Source: Candidatus Cloacimonadota bacterium (GTDB lineage Bacteria; Cloacimonadota; Cloacimonadia; Cloacimonadales; WRIO01). Taken from it: DNA of 24,250 bases. The position numbers and the translations under genes are program-made. Shown here in pieces: positions 1 through 8,771 of this stretch. Within the stretch, counting starts at the first letter, position 1, and each line of letters begins with the position of its first letter. The notes below the pieces were generated by a model. It did not search any database and was not told where the DNA came from. It worked only from the letters and a program-made list of their open reading frames with translations. The stretch is from the NCBI GenBank assembly GCA_029564175.1, contig JAKQQL010000198.1, forward strand, positions 1 to 24,250, given 5' to 3'.

Positions 1-1
1 T

Positions 2-289
2 AATAGATTACAAAGCATATACTTATGGATGTTTCTTATGTTTACTTTTATCTATTCATGTAAAAAAGTACTGCTCAGAGTATCAGATAAGTATCGTCAC
101 TTTGTTTATGATTTCAAAAATGACATGATTGCCCTGAATGGTTTTTCTTTTTACAGACTCTCAAAGATTTTAAAAATGGTTTTTATAGGATATGCAAGCA
201 GAAAAAGAAGAAAAGACAGCATTAAAAAGCCTGATCCAAGGCAAATTACACTTGAGACATTCATTTTAGAAAATTTCGGGGTATGCTAA
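2..289 (+). CDS. 3' end of an ORF entering from outside the window; hypothetical, possibly an IS4-like transposase C-terminus
   Basis: Frame 2 is open from base 2 (NRLQSIYLWMFLMF...) to TAA at 287-289, so the tracked 29..289 ORF is probably partial. The basic tail ending RKRRK...PDPRQITLETF resembles some transposase C-termini, but no DDE core is visible. Confidence 0.4.
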   Translation, partial: NRLQSIYLWMFLMFTFIYSCKKVLLRVSDKYRHFVYDFKNDMIALNGFSFYRLSKILKMVFIGYASRKRRKDSIKKPDPRQITLETFILENFGVC

Positions 290-302
290 TTATTTTTTGT
301 TA

Positions 303-331
303 TTGACAAAAATGAAAAAACTGTTTAAGCT
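303..331 (+). promoter_or_regulatory. Sigma70-type promoter
   Basis: TTGACA(303-308)-N17-TAAGCT(326-331); SD AGGGAG before ATG 353. Confidence 0.6.
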
Positions 332-352
332 TATAGACAAAGGGAGTGTAAA

Positions 353-1342
353 ATGGAAAGAGAACAAGAATTCAGAGAAAGATTAGAAAAAAGAGGGCTA
401 TCAAATACAGAAATCACTTTTGATATCCTGGAGATCAAGGCTTTTCTCCAAGAAAGAAAGGTGAATGATCCGGAAATCGATCAGTTAAAACATTATTGTG
501 AATCAGAAATTTCGAGGGCATCTCATGCAGCACGAAGAATAATTGCGCTGGCAAGGTATTATTCATTTAAGAAGGATCAGGAAGCATTGATTTATCTGCT
601 TGCTCTATTGGGAACTCAGGGTATTATTGAGAGTCAGAAGGAAAGATTAATTAGCTTAAAAGGAGATGATTTGGCTGAAAGTATTTTTGCTGAGATTGCT
701 TTTCCGCCTTTAGGTAGTCCATTGGAAGCATATCCTCAGCATGTAAATCAATACCTCTCCCGAATGACCGAGAAGCTGAGTAGAGAAGATTGTCAAAATG
801 TATTAGCAGGCAATCATCACAGAATGCCGGAAAGTTATTTTCAAAATGAGATGAATATCCTCAAAGATTTGGGTGATATTGACGACTATTTAAAGCAAAA
901 ACATCAAAAACTAGTTAATGATTTACAGGCTCATAGCGATAGTGGTGAATTATGGTTTGAACAGAAAATCACACAGGCTGTTGTGGATATGGTGAAAGAC
1001 AATCAGGAAGTACAAACAGGAGTCAGACATGGCAGGAAAATATATCTGCAAAAAATTCCCTATAATCCGGATGCCTTTTTGAACGAAACAGACCCTGTTC
1101 AAAAACGCTTTTATGCCTGTCATTGTCCATTTGTCAGAACTTCACTTTTAGATAGTAAAACAAAAGTTTCTTCACTCTGGTGTTATTGTACTGGTGGTTT
1201 TGAAAAATTGGCATGGGATGTCATGTTTGACCAATCTTTAAAAGTAGAACTGCTTGAGTCTGTTCTGGATGGATACGAAAGATGCCGTTTTGCTATTGAG
1301 CTACCGGAGGAAGCAGAAGCATTTATCAAGAAAGATCAATGA
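353..1342 (+). CDS. Hypothetical protein with Cys-rich C-terminal domain (DUF6144-like)
   Basis: 329 aa ORF with SD. C-terminal motifs YACHCP, WCYCTGGF and VELLESVLDGYERCRFAI. Confidence 0.65.
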   Translation: MEREQEFRERLEKRGLSNTEITFDILEIKAFLQERKVNDPEIDQLKHYCESEISRASHAARRIIALARYYSFKKDQEALIYLLALLGTQGIIESQKERLISLKGDDLAESIFAEIAFPPLGSPLEAYPQHVNQYLSRMTEKLSREDCQNVLAGNHHRMPESYFQNEMNILKDLGDIDDYLKQKHQKLVNDLQAHSDSGELWFEQKITQAVVDMVKDNQEVQTGVRHGRKIYLQKIPYNPDAFLNETDPVQKRFYACHCPFVRTSLLDSKTKVSSLWCYCTGGFEKLAWDVMFDQSLKVELLESVLDGYERCRFAIELPEEAEAFIKKDQ

Positions 1343-1455
1343 TTCAGATTACCTCTGCTTATTCATGAAAGACACTTTTAGAAAAAGGGTAATTTCCTCT
1401 TAAAGGACTGATATTGAGTAACGGTTATAATCTGACTTGATAATCAAAATAAGTC

Positions 1456-1484
1456 TTGACATTACTCATTTAAAAGCATAAGAT
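1456..1484 (+). promoter_or_regulatory. Sigma70-type promoter
   Basis: TTGACA(1456-1461)-N17-TAAGAT(1479-1484); SD GGAGGT before ATG 1506. Confidence 0.6.
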
Positions 1485-1505
1485 CTTTAAAAAATTGGAG
1501 GTAAA

Positions 1506-3608
1506 ATGAAAAAGTATATCTTTATAGCAGTACTTGTATTAAATTATGTTTGTTTATTTTCTGCATATTTTAATAATGTCCCTGTCAATTTAAAGCAAGC
1601 AAATGGATCTATAATTCATGCTTATGTTTCCGGAGATGAATATTCTTACAGAATTCATGATGAAAACAAGTACACACTTTTATTAAATCCTGCAAGCGGT
1701 GATTATGTCTATGCTCAAAGAAGTGGAGATAAAGTCATTCCTGGCTTAGTCCCTGCTGGAAAATCCAGCCCTGTTGGTCTGGAAAAAAATCTGCCAGTTA
1801 AAAGGTATCTATCTTTAGAAAAAAGAAACAATAAACTGTTTCATCGTTCTCCAAATCACGGAACTTTAGCCAATATTGTTGTTTTTATTAAATTTCAAAA
1901 TGATCCGGATTTTACACAAGCCGTTTCACTTTATAACAGTTGGTTTTCAGATGAGAATGAAGCTTCGTTAAAAGGATATTATGAAGAAGCCAGCTATGGA
2001 AAATTAACGATAGATTCGCATTTTTTACCTACACAAAATTCTGAACAGGTTGTAGCATACACAGACAGTCATGTGAGAGATTATTATCGTCCTTATAGTG
2101 TTGATAATACAATCGGCTATGCAGATGAAGATACAGGCTTTGCCCGTTTACATGAATGCCTTAGAAATGCAATCGTAAGTGTAAATAGTCAGTTACCAGG
2201 TGATATCAATCTTGATGGTGATTTAGATGGAGTGGTTGATAATGTCTGTTTTATCGTAAGTGGTGATACCGATAACTGGGCTGATGTGCTTTGGCCTCAT
2301 ATGTGGGAACTGGAAACGAGTACAGCCTATCTGCAAAATAAGATGGTTAAGAATTATAATTTGCAAATTGAGAATTTTCTGGCTTATTCAGGCAGGGATG
2401 TAAGTGTCTTGTGCCATGAAATGTTTCATTCAATCGGAGCTCCTGACCTTTATCATTACAATCATGATTATGAACCGATTGGCTATTGGGATTTGATGGA
2501 ATGGGATGCCAAACAGCATATGACTGCCTATATGAAGTTTCGTTATGGAAATTGGATATCTGATGTACCGGTCATTACACAATCAGGCACATACTCACTC
2601 AAACCGTTAAAAGAGGGAGGAAATTGTATCTACAAAGTGTATTCACCAAACAGCACCAATCAATATTTTGTCTTAGAATACAGAAAACAGGAAGGGCTTT
2701 ATGAAAGTGCTCTTCCTGGTTCAGGGCTTCTTGCCTACAGAGTCAACACTAATTACATCGGGTATGGAAACCGTGATGGCATATTAGGAGGCTTATACAA
2801 TGAATTGCTGGCATACAGACCGATGGGTAGCGTTACAGAGATAGGAGATATTAATAATGCATTTCTCAGCCTTGAATCAGGGAGAACAGTCATAGGAGAT
2901 AACTCAATCATCTCTCCTTTTTTGGAAAATGGAATGATGGGTGGCTTAAACATTTCAAATGTCGGCAGTGCCGGAGATTCGATCACTTTTGATATACAAA
3001 TTCAAGGAGATATTCATCCCAAATATCCGCCCAGAAACCTGAGAGGAACACTTGTATATCCTAATCATGTCAATCTGACTTGGGATAAACCCTTAGACAT
3101 CACAGGGTTATTAGGGTTTATGATTTATAAAGACGGAGCAACCCCAATAACTTCTTTAATGAGCGATACGACCTTTACGGATGCAAATGTAACAGAAGGC
3201 CCTTTTGGAGACCTTCATTATTATGTGGTAATAGCAGTCTATTCAGGTAACAATATTTCAGAAATGTCGAATCTTCTAACCATTACAGTTGTCCCTCAGG
3301 TGTCAGCTGATGATATTGTAAGCCTCTCAAAGACTGAGCTGACAGGAAATTACCCCAATCCTTTTAATCCAACAACCACAATTGCTTTTACACTTGATAA
3401 GACACAGGATATTGAAATGGATATCTTTAATATTAAAGGGCAAAGAGTTAAAAAACTGATCAAAAAAGATAGCTACAGTAGTGGCAATCACAACATTATC
3501 TGGAATGGGCAGAATGATTCATCTGAAATCTGTCCTTCTGGAATTTACTTTTACAGACTTAAAACAGCTAACAAAACATTTACAGGAAAGATGTTGATGT
3601 TAAAATAA
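1506..3608 (+). CDS. Secreted M6-family (immune inhibitor A-like) zinc metalloprotease with FN3 and FlgD-Ig/T9SS type A-like C-terminal domain
   Basis: N-terminal signal peptide; GDEY propeptide motif; LWPH; HEMFHSIGAPDLY (HExxHxxGxxD); QYFVLEYR; FN3-like PPRNL...LTWDKP; C-terminal NYPNPFNPTT...IFNIKGQRVK...WNG...SGIYFYRL...KMLMLK. Confidence 0.9.
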   Translation: MKKYIFIAVLVLNYVCLFSAYFNNVPVNLKQANGSIIHAYVSGDEYSYRIHDENKYTLLLNPASGDYVYAQRSGDKVIPGLVPAGKSSPVGLEKNLPVKRYLSLEKRNNKLFHRSPNHGTLANIVVFIKFQNDPDFTQAVSLYNSWFSDENEASLKGYYEEASYGKLTIDSHFLPTQNSEQVVAYTDSHVRDYYRPYSVDNTIGYADEDTGFARLHECLRNAIVSVNSQLPGDINLDGDLDGVVDNVCFIVSGDTDNWADVLWPHMWELETSTAYLQNKMVKNYNLQIENFLAYSGRDVSVLCHEMFHSIGAPDLYHYNHDYEPIGYWDLMEWDAKQHMTAYMKFRYGNWISDVPVITQSGTYSLKPLKEGGNCIYKVYSPNSTNQYFVLEYRKQEGLYESALPGSGLLAYRVNTNYIGYGNRDGILGGLYNELLAYRPMGSVTEIGDINNAFLSLESGRTVIGDNSIISPFLENGMMGGLNISNVGSAGDSITFDIQIQGDIHPKYPPRNLRGTLVYPNHVNLTWDKPLDITGLLGFMIYKDGATPITSLMSDTTFTDANVTEGPFGDLHYYVVIAVYSGNNISEMSNLLTITVVPQVSADDIVSLSKTELTGNYPNPFNPTTTIAFTLDKTQDIEMDIFNIKGQRVKKLIKKDSYSSGNHNIIWNGQNDSSEICPSGIYFYRLKTANKTFTGKMLMLK

Positions 3609-3665
3609 GAAAGAGTACCTTTATAAATCAATTTAAAGTTAACAGCCAAACGTAACTGCTTCATT

Positions 3666-3706
3666 AAGTAAAGAAATTCTTCAAAAGAAGATTTCTTTAC
3701 TTTTTT
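3666..3706 (+). terminator. Rho-independent terminator
   Basis: AAGTAAAGAAAT-TCTTC-AAAA-GAAG-ATTTCTTTACTT hairpin followed by a T-run. Confidence 0.75.
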
Positions 3707-3896
3707 ATTGCTAAAGACTACTTTCAAAACATATTTGTCAGATATACGGTTACATATCCTTTATAGAAAAATCACTTATCAAATCTTATCAAATTAAATT
3801 TAAAAAGTAAATTCCTTTGATAAGAATAGAAATATTTAACTACCTTTCTATTTTAAGAGAGTATGTTTTTTGTGTTTAAGATAATCGTTTTTATGC

Positions 3897-3924
3897 TTGA
3901 CAGGAAGTATGCCAATTATAAAAT
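3897..3924 (+). promoter_or_regulatory. Sigma70-type promoter for the thiN gene cluster
   Basis: TTGACA(3897-3902)-N16-TAAAAT(3919-3924). Confidence 0.5.
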
Positions 3925-3964
3925 GCAAAATGATGAGTTATATTAAGATAAGAAAGGATGAGTA

Positions 3965-4114
3965 ATGCAAAATCTCAATCATAGAATTGCCTCAAAGAAT
4001 AAGCAAAATATCATAATAGATCATGTATTTACAAATCAAAGAGATTTTTCTTATCTAAGTACATTATTATCAAAATTATACTGTAATGATGACCTGATAA
4101 ACCTTAAGGATTGA
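3965..4114 (+). CDS. Candidate 49-aa small ORF (not in the ORF track)
   Basis: SD AGAAAGGA (3951-3958), ATG 3965, open to TGA 4112-4114, ending 2 nt before the thiN ATG at 4117. Confidence 0.35.
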   Translation: MQNLNHRIASKNKQNIIIDHVFTNQRDFSYLSTLLSKLYCNDDLINLKD

Positions 4115-4116
4115 GC

Positions 4117-4977
4117 ATGAGAAACATTCAAAATGCCTGGATTTTTACCTATTATGACAATAATGACCTGAGTGCCACTTTAAACCAAATTCAACCTGGT
4201 GACACCATTATTGCAGTGGATGCAGGGCTTGACCTGCTTTTAAAATATCATATCATGCCTCAAATGGTTATTGGCGACTTTGACTCAATGTCTCAACAAT
4301 CTATTGATATTCTAAGCGCTTATCAGGAGACTCTTCCAGAACTAAAAGAAACAAATGATATTTATACACAAGATTTTTTTCAAAGTATTGACAACACAGA
4401 TCAAAAGCCTCTAAATGAACAATTAAATTTTATCCGTTTAAAACCAGAAAAAGACGAAACAGATACTGAACTGGCAGTTGAATGGTGTCTAAATAATCAT
4501 TTTAAAACAATTTATATCATAAATTCCATGCAAAACCGATTTGACCATTGTACAGGCATCATTTCGATTCTTGAATATGCACTTGACCAGAACATTCATA
4601 TTCATGTCATTTCAGCTACACAGGAAATTTATTTTGCCAATACTGTTCAGCCTTTAAACTACCCGCAAGGGAGTACTTTTTCATTATGTCCGGTAAGTGA
4701 TAAAGTAACAAAAGTAAAAACTTTAAATTGTTCTTATCCACTGAATGAAGAAACTCTCTATAGAAATAAAACAAGAGGCATCAGTAACCTTATTAGTGAA
4801 GAAAATGCACAAATCACATTTGAAAGTGGAAAACTACTTGTAATCGTTCAATTACAAAATGAAGAAAACTCCCTATCAGAAACGAGTACTTTTCTAAGCG
4901 AACAGCAAACATTCAATAAAAACATAAACACTTTTTGCTCTGAAAACAGCAAAAATATGTATAATATAGAACATTAG
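4117..4977 (+). CDS. thiN: Thiamine pyrophosphokinase
   Basis: IAVDAG, IGDFDS, KDETDTELA, RFDH, FSLCP, YPL, RGISN motifs. ATG 4117 with AAGGA SD preferred over TTG 4111. Confidence 0.88.
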   Translation: MRNIQNAWIFTYYDNNDLSATLNQIQPGDTIIAVDAGLDLLLKYHIMPQMVIGDFDSMSQQSIDILSAYQETLPELKETNDIYTQDFFQSIDNTDQKPLNEQLNFIRLKPEKDETDTELAVEWCLNNHFKTIYIINSMQNRFDHCTGIISILEYALDQNIHIHVISATQEIYFANTVQPLNYPQGSTFSLCPVSDKVTKVKTLNCSYPLNEETLYRNKTRGISNLISEENAQITFESGKLLVIVQLQNEENSLSETSTFLSEQQTFNKNINTFCSENSKNMYNIEH

Positions 4978-4996
4978 TAAAGAAATCAGGTGAATT

Positions 4997-5236
4997 ATGA
5001 GTCCTCAAAACGATAAAAAATCCTTTTCATTTGAAGAATCTGTCAAAAAACTCGATACGATTGTTCACAATCTTGAAAAAGGTAATATCGATCAGTTGGA
5101 AGAAATGTTGAAATTATTCGAAGACGGTTCAGTTTTATTAAAAAAATGTTACGAATACCTGGAAAAAGCCGAAATGAAAGTAGAAACCATCAGTAAAAAT
5201 CTAAATACAGAAAAGAGGGATAACGATGAAAGCTGA
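4997..5236 (+). CDS. xseB: Exodeoxyribonuclease VII small subunit
   Basis: SFEESVKKLDTIVHNLEKG...LEEMLKLFEDG...L.KAEMKV; usual position upstream of ispA. Confidence 0.92.
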   Translation: MSPQNDKKSFSFEESVKKLDTIVHNLEKGNIDQLEEMLKLFEDGSVLLKKCYEYLEKAEMKVETISKNLNTEKRDNDES

Positions 5237-6122
5237 AAGCCCTGCATTAAAAAAACATATGCGCGAGAAAAAAGAAACGATTAACATCATTCTGGATCGT
5301 TTTCTGCCTAGAAAAGACGATTATCCTAAAGAAATTCATAAAGCCATGCGACACACTTTGTTTGCAGGCGGAAAACGCGTTAGACCTTATTTAACGCTTC
5401 TTGTGTATAACCTCTATGCAAACGAAAAAGAAGAAATGGTGATTCAGGCGGGCTCTGCCATTGAAATGTTACATACTTACACACTGATTCATGATGATCT
5501 GCCAGAAATTGATAATGATGAATACCGTCGTGGAAAAAAAACATGTCATGTACTTTTTGGTGCTGATATTGCACTATTGGCAGGAGATGCCCTCTTAGTA
5601 GAAGCATTTAATATGGTGAATGAACTTGAAATTAAACCAGAGACCAAAATCAATATGATTGCGGATATGGCAGAATTTACAGGAGATAAAGGTCTCATTG
5701 CTGGCCAAATGATGGACATCTTAAATGAAGGATATGAAGTTAAGAAAAAAACAGTTGAATTTATTCATTTGAATAAAACAGCCAAGTTGATACAATTATG
5801 TTGTCGTTTTGGTGCTTATATGGCTAATGCCCCTGCCTCAGAAATTAAAAAAGTAGATGAATTTGGGAAAAAAATTGGTTTGGCATTTCAGATAATTGAT
5901 GATATATTAGATATTGAAGGCACTTCTTCAAAATTAGGTAAAACAGCAGGGAAAGATATCATAGAAAAGAAAGCAACCTATCCTGCCGTTCTTGGTATGG
6001 AGAAATCAAAAAAAATGGCAAAAACATTGATTGATGACGCTCTCAAAATCATCGAGCCTTATGGCAAACATGCTAATTTACTCAAAGATTTTACATTAAT
6101 GCTCGCTCAAAGGGATTCATAA
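5226..6122 (+). CDS. ispA: Farnesyl/geranylgeranyl diphosphate synthase (polyprenyl synthetase)
   Basis: GGKRVRP, LIHDDLP..DND..RRG, GQMMD, KTA, AFQIIDDILD, GKD..KATYP. Confidence 0.93.
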   Translation: MKAESPALKKHMREKKETINIILDRFLPRKDDYPKEIHKAMRHTLFAGGKRVRPYLTLLVYNLYANEKEEMVIQAGSAIEMLHTYTLIHDDLPEIDNDEYRRGKKTCHVLFGADIALLAGDALLVEAFNMVNELEIKPETKINMIADMAEFTGDKGLIAGQMMDILNEGYEVKKKTVEFIHLNKTAKLIQLCCRFGAYMANAPASEIKKVDEFGKKIGLAFQIIDDILDIEGTSSKLGKTAGKDIIEKKATYPAVLGMEKSKKMAKTLIDDALKIIEPYGKHANLLKDFTLMLAQRDS

Positions 6123-6557
6123 ATGCAGGTTTTAATTAAAAAATTAGATGAAAAAGCCATTATTCCTAAACGGATGACAGAACATTCAGCAGGCTATGAT
6201 TTGTATTCTGCCAATCAGGAAGCTGTTATCCTTAAAAAGAGTCAAAGAATACTGATCTCAACGGGTATTGCCATTGCCCTTCCTGAAGGATATGAAGCAC
6301 AAATCAGACCCAGAAGTGGTTTGGCGGTTAAGCATGGCGTAAGTGTACTCAACTCTCCTGGAACAATTGATGCTGATTACCGTGGAGAAATAAAGGTCAT
6401 TTTGATTAATCACGGTGATGCTGATTTTATCATTGAGCCTTTTTCTCGTATCGCACAAATGATCATATCTAAGTATGAAACAGCAGTTTTTGAATTATGC
6501 CAGGAACTCCCTGAGACAATCAGAGGAGAAGGTGGATTTGGATCCACGCATCTATAG
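6123..6557 (+). CDS. dut: dUTP diphosphatase
   Basis: [40 protein letters not shown] (all five dUTPase motifs). Confidence 0.97.
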   Translation: MQVLIKKLDEKAIIPKRMTEHSAGYDLYSANQEAVILKKSQRILISTGIAIALPEGYEAQIRPRSGLAVKHGVSVLNSPGTIDADYRGEIKVILINHGDADFIIEPFSRIAQMIISKYETAVFELCQELPETIRGEGGFGSTHL

Positions 6558-6594
6558 CAAAGCAAGTTAAAAAGACCTATAAGCGGGAGGATTT

Positions 6595-7515
6595 ATGTTT
6601 AGCCCTGAAGATAACAGTATCGTTGAAAAAATTAATAAACTAAAAACAGAAAAAAATGCGATTATTCTGGCTCATAACTATCAGGTTTTAGAAGTTCAGA
6701 AAGTAGCTGATTTTATCGGAGATTCTTTGCAACTTGCTCAAAAAGCGAAAGAAGTTAATGCGGATATAATTGTTTTTGCAGGTGTTCGTTTTATGGCAGA
6801 AACAGCTAAACTGCTTAATCCGGATGTTAAAGTACTCTTAACAGCGAAAGAGGCTGGCTGTCCAATGGCTGACATGATTGAACCATTTCAGTTGCAGGAA
6901 TTTAAAGCCAAACATCCTGAATATCAGATTGTATGCTATGTGAATAGTTCAGTAGAAATTAAAGCTGAGTGTGATGTCTGTGTCACCTCTTCAAATGCGG
7001 TAAAAATTGTTGAGAAACTAGATTCTTCTCGTCCCATATTGTTTGTACCAGATCAAAATCTAGGGAAATATACCCAGCTAAAATCCAGAAAAACGATCAA
7101 AGTGTGGGATGGAATGTGTCCGATTCACCACTTTATTTTCACAGTCAAAGACATTGAAAGAGTTCGCAAGGATTATCCTGATCATACGATTATTGTACAT
7201 CCGGAATGCCAGCCAGAAATTATAAAACATGCAGACTTTGCATGTTCAACCAAAGGAATGGCTGATTACGCAGAGAGTCATGACAAACTGATTCTAGGAA
7301 CAGAAATTGGTCTTATTGAAGCTTTGCAGGACAAGTATCCTGAAAAAAGCATTCTTCCTTTGTCAAACATGGCTGTCTGTGTCAACATGAAAAAAACTCA
7401 TCTGGATGATGTATTGAATGTACTTGAAAATGAAGTGAATGAAATCAAAATCGACCCTGAAATTGCCAGAAAAGCAGTTCAGGCTATCAATAAAATGTTG
7501 GAATTATCTGTTTGA
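6595..7515 (+). CDS. nadA: Quinolinate synthase A
   Basis: ILAHNYQ, GDSLQL, GVRFMAETAK, AGCPMA, YVNSS, TSSNA, CPIH, HPEC, GTE, CVNMK. Confidence 0.96.
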   Translation: MFSPEDNSIVEKINKLKTEKNAIILAHNYQVLEVQKVADFIGDSLQLAQKAKEVNADIIVFAGVRFMAETAKLLNPDVKVLLTAKEAGCPMADMIEPFQLQEFKAKHPEYQIVCYVNSSVEIKAECDVCVTSSNAVKIVEKLDSSRPILFVPDQNLGKYTQLKSRKTIKVWDGMCPIHHFIFTVKDIERVRKDYPDHTIIVHPECQPEIIKHADFACSTKGMADYAESHDKLILGTEIGLIEALQDKYPEKSILPLSNMAVCVNMKKTHLDDVLNVLENEVNEIKIDPEIARKAVQAINKMLELSV

Positions 7516-7518
7516 ATC

Positions 7519-8166
7519 ATGCTGGAAACTCAGAAAATGAAGGCTGTTACAATTCCACAAAGTGATCTGATTCTGTTCCAAATGGAAAATCAACAGGCTG
7601 TAACTTCTGATACAGCCTTTCTCGTTGATACTGTCATTCAGAAATACAGACAAAATTCGCAAATGAACATTCTGGATGCCGGTACAGGTTCAGGGATTAT
7701 TGCATTCATGTTGAAAAAACATTTTTCAAGATGGCAAATCACAGGGATTGATGTTCAGAAATCTGTCATAGATATGGCAAAAAACAATCGAAATCTTTTT
7801 ATGCAATATTATCCGTCCTTTCATCTTGATTTTATCCACCAGGATCTAAGACACTATCAGAGAAAGGATTTTGATTTGATTCTATGCAATCCCCCTTACT
7901 ATAAACTCAATCAGGCTCGTCTGGCAAAGAATCCAGAGAAAGCAATTGCCCGTCATGAAGTTGAAATCACAATGGGAGATATTTTCAATTTTTTCGTACA
8001 ACAACAAAATCCTTTTGTTAAGATAATGATTCTTTACCCTGACTTTCGTAATCAGGAACTTTTGAATTTGACTAAAAAACTGAATTTAAAAATAATCAGT
8101 CAGATGCTAGTTCCCAATAGCCGGCCAAACAATCAGGTTTTTTTATATGAGATTGGAAAATGTTAG
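7519..8166 (+). CDS. Class I SAM-dependent methyltransferase, tRNA1(Val) m6A37 (TrmN6/YabB)-like
   Basis: ILDAGTGSG SAM-binding motif, CNPPYY, AIARHE. Confidence 0.82.
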   Translation: MLETQKMKAVTIPQSDLILFQMENQQAVTSDTAFLVDTVIQKYRQNSQMNILDAGTGSGIIAFMLKKHFSRWQITGIDVQKSVIDMAKNNRNLFMQYYPSFHLDFIHQDLRHYQRKDFDLILCNPPYYKLNQARLAKNPEKAIARHEVEITMGDIFNFFVQQQNPFVKIMILYPDFRNQELLNLTKKLNLKIISQMLVPNSRPNNQVFLYEIGKC

Positions 8167-8771
8167 AAATAAATCAATTTGAATTAATGAATCACTCTGA
8201 AATAATCCTGTCAATACATAATTTTATCCTAAATTCTGGAGATTTTGCCTATATTTACGGAGATAACCGTTCAGGGAAATCGCTTTTCCTGTCATGTCTG
8301 GGCAATTGCTATCCTCATTATAATGGTTATCTGAAACTTAATCATGAGAATGTTAATGATAAACATTACAGCACACTAATACGCCTGATTCGCAACGAAA
8401 ACATAGTATTACCAGATCAGGGTATAATTGAGAATATCGGATTGGGACACAAAAACAAACTTGAAAATAATGAAGATCTGATTGAATTATTAACTCAGTT
8501 TAAAATGCCGTTTGAAAAAAATATAAAATGCGCTATGCTTAGTCAGTCAGAGCAAAAAAGTATTGAATTGATCAGGGCTTATATTCAAAAACCGCTCATG
8601 CTTTTGTTTGACGATTTGGATAATTACTTTGATTCAAAACATTTTGAAGGGATATATAATCTGTTGTTAAAAATGAAAAAAAATGGCACAATTATCATTG
8701 CAACCGGCAAATCTCAGTTTAATACTGAAAAACAATTTATTATTCAGGATAAAGGGCTGGTGCTTAAATGA
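8160..8771 (+). CDS. ABC ATP-binding domain protein, degenerate, FtsE-like by context
   Basis: Walker A GDNRSGKS; altered signature LSQSEQ; Walker B LLFDD; IIATG in place of the H-loop; ATGA overlap with the downstream membrane protein. Confidence 0.7.
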   Translation: MLEINQFELMNHSEIILSIHNFILNSGDFAYIYGDNRSGKSLFLSCLGNCYPHYNGYLKLNHENVNDKHYSTLIRLIRNENIVLPDQGIIENIGLGHKNKLENNEDLIELLTQFKMPFEKNIKCAMLSQSEQKSIELIRAYIQKPLMLLFDDLDNYFDSKHFEGIYNLLLKMKKNGTIIIATGKSQFNTEKQFIIQDKGLVLK

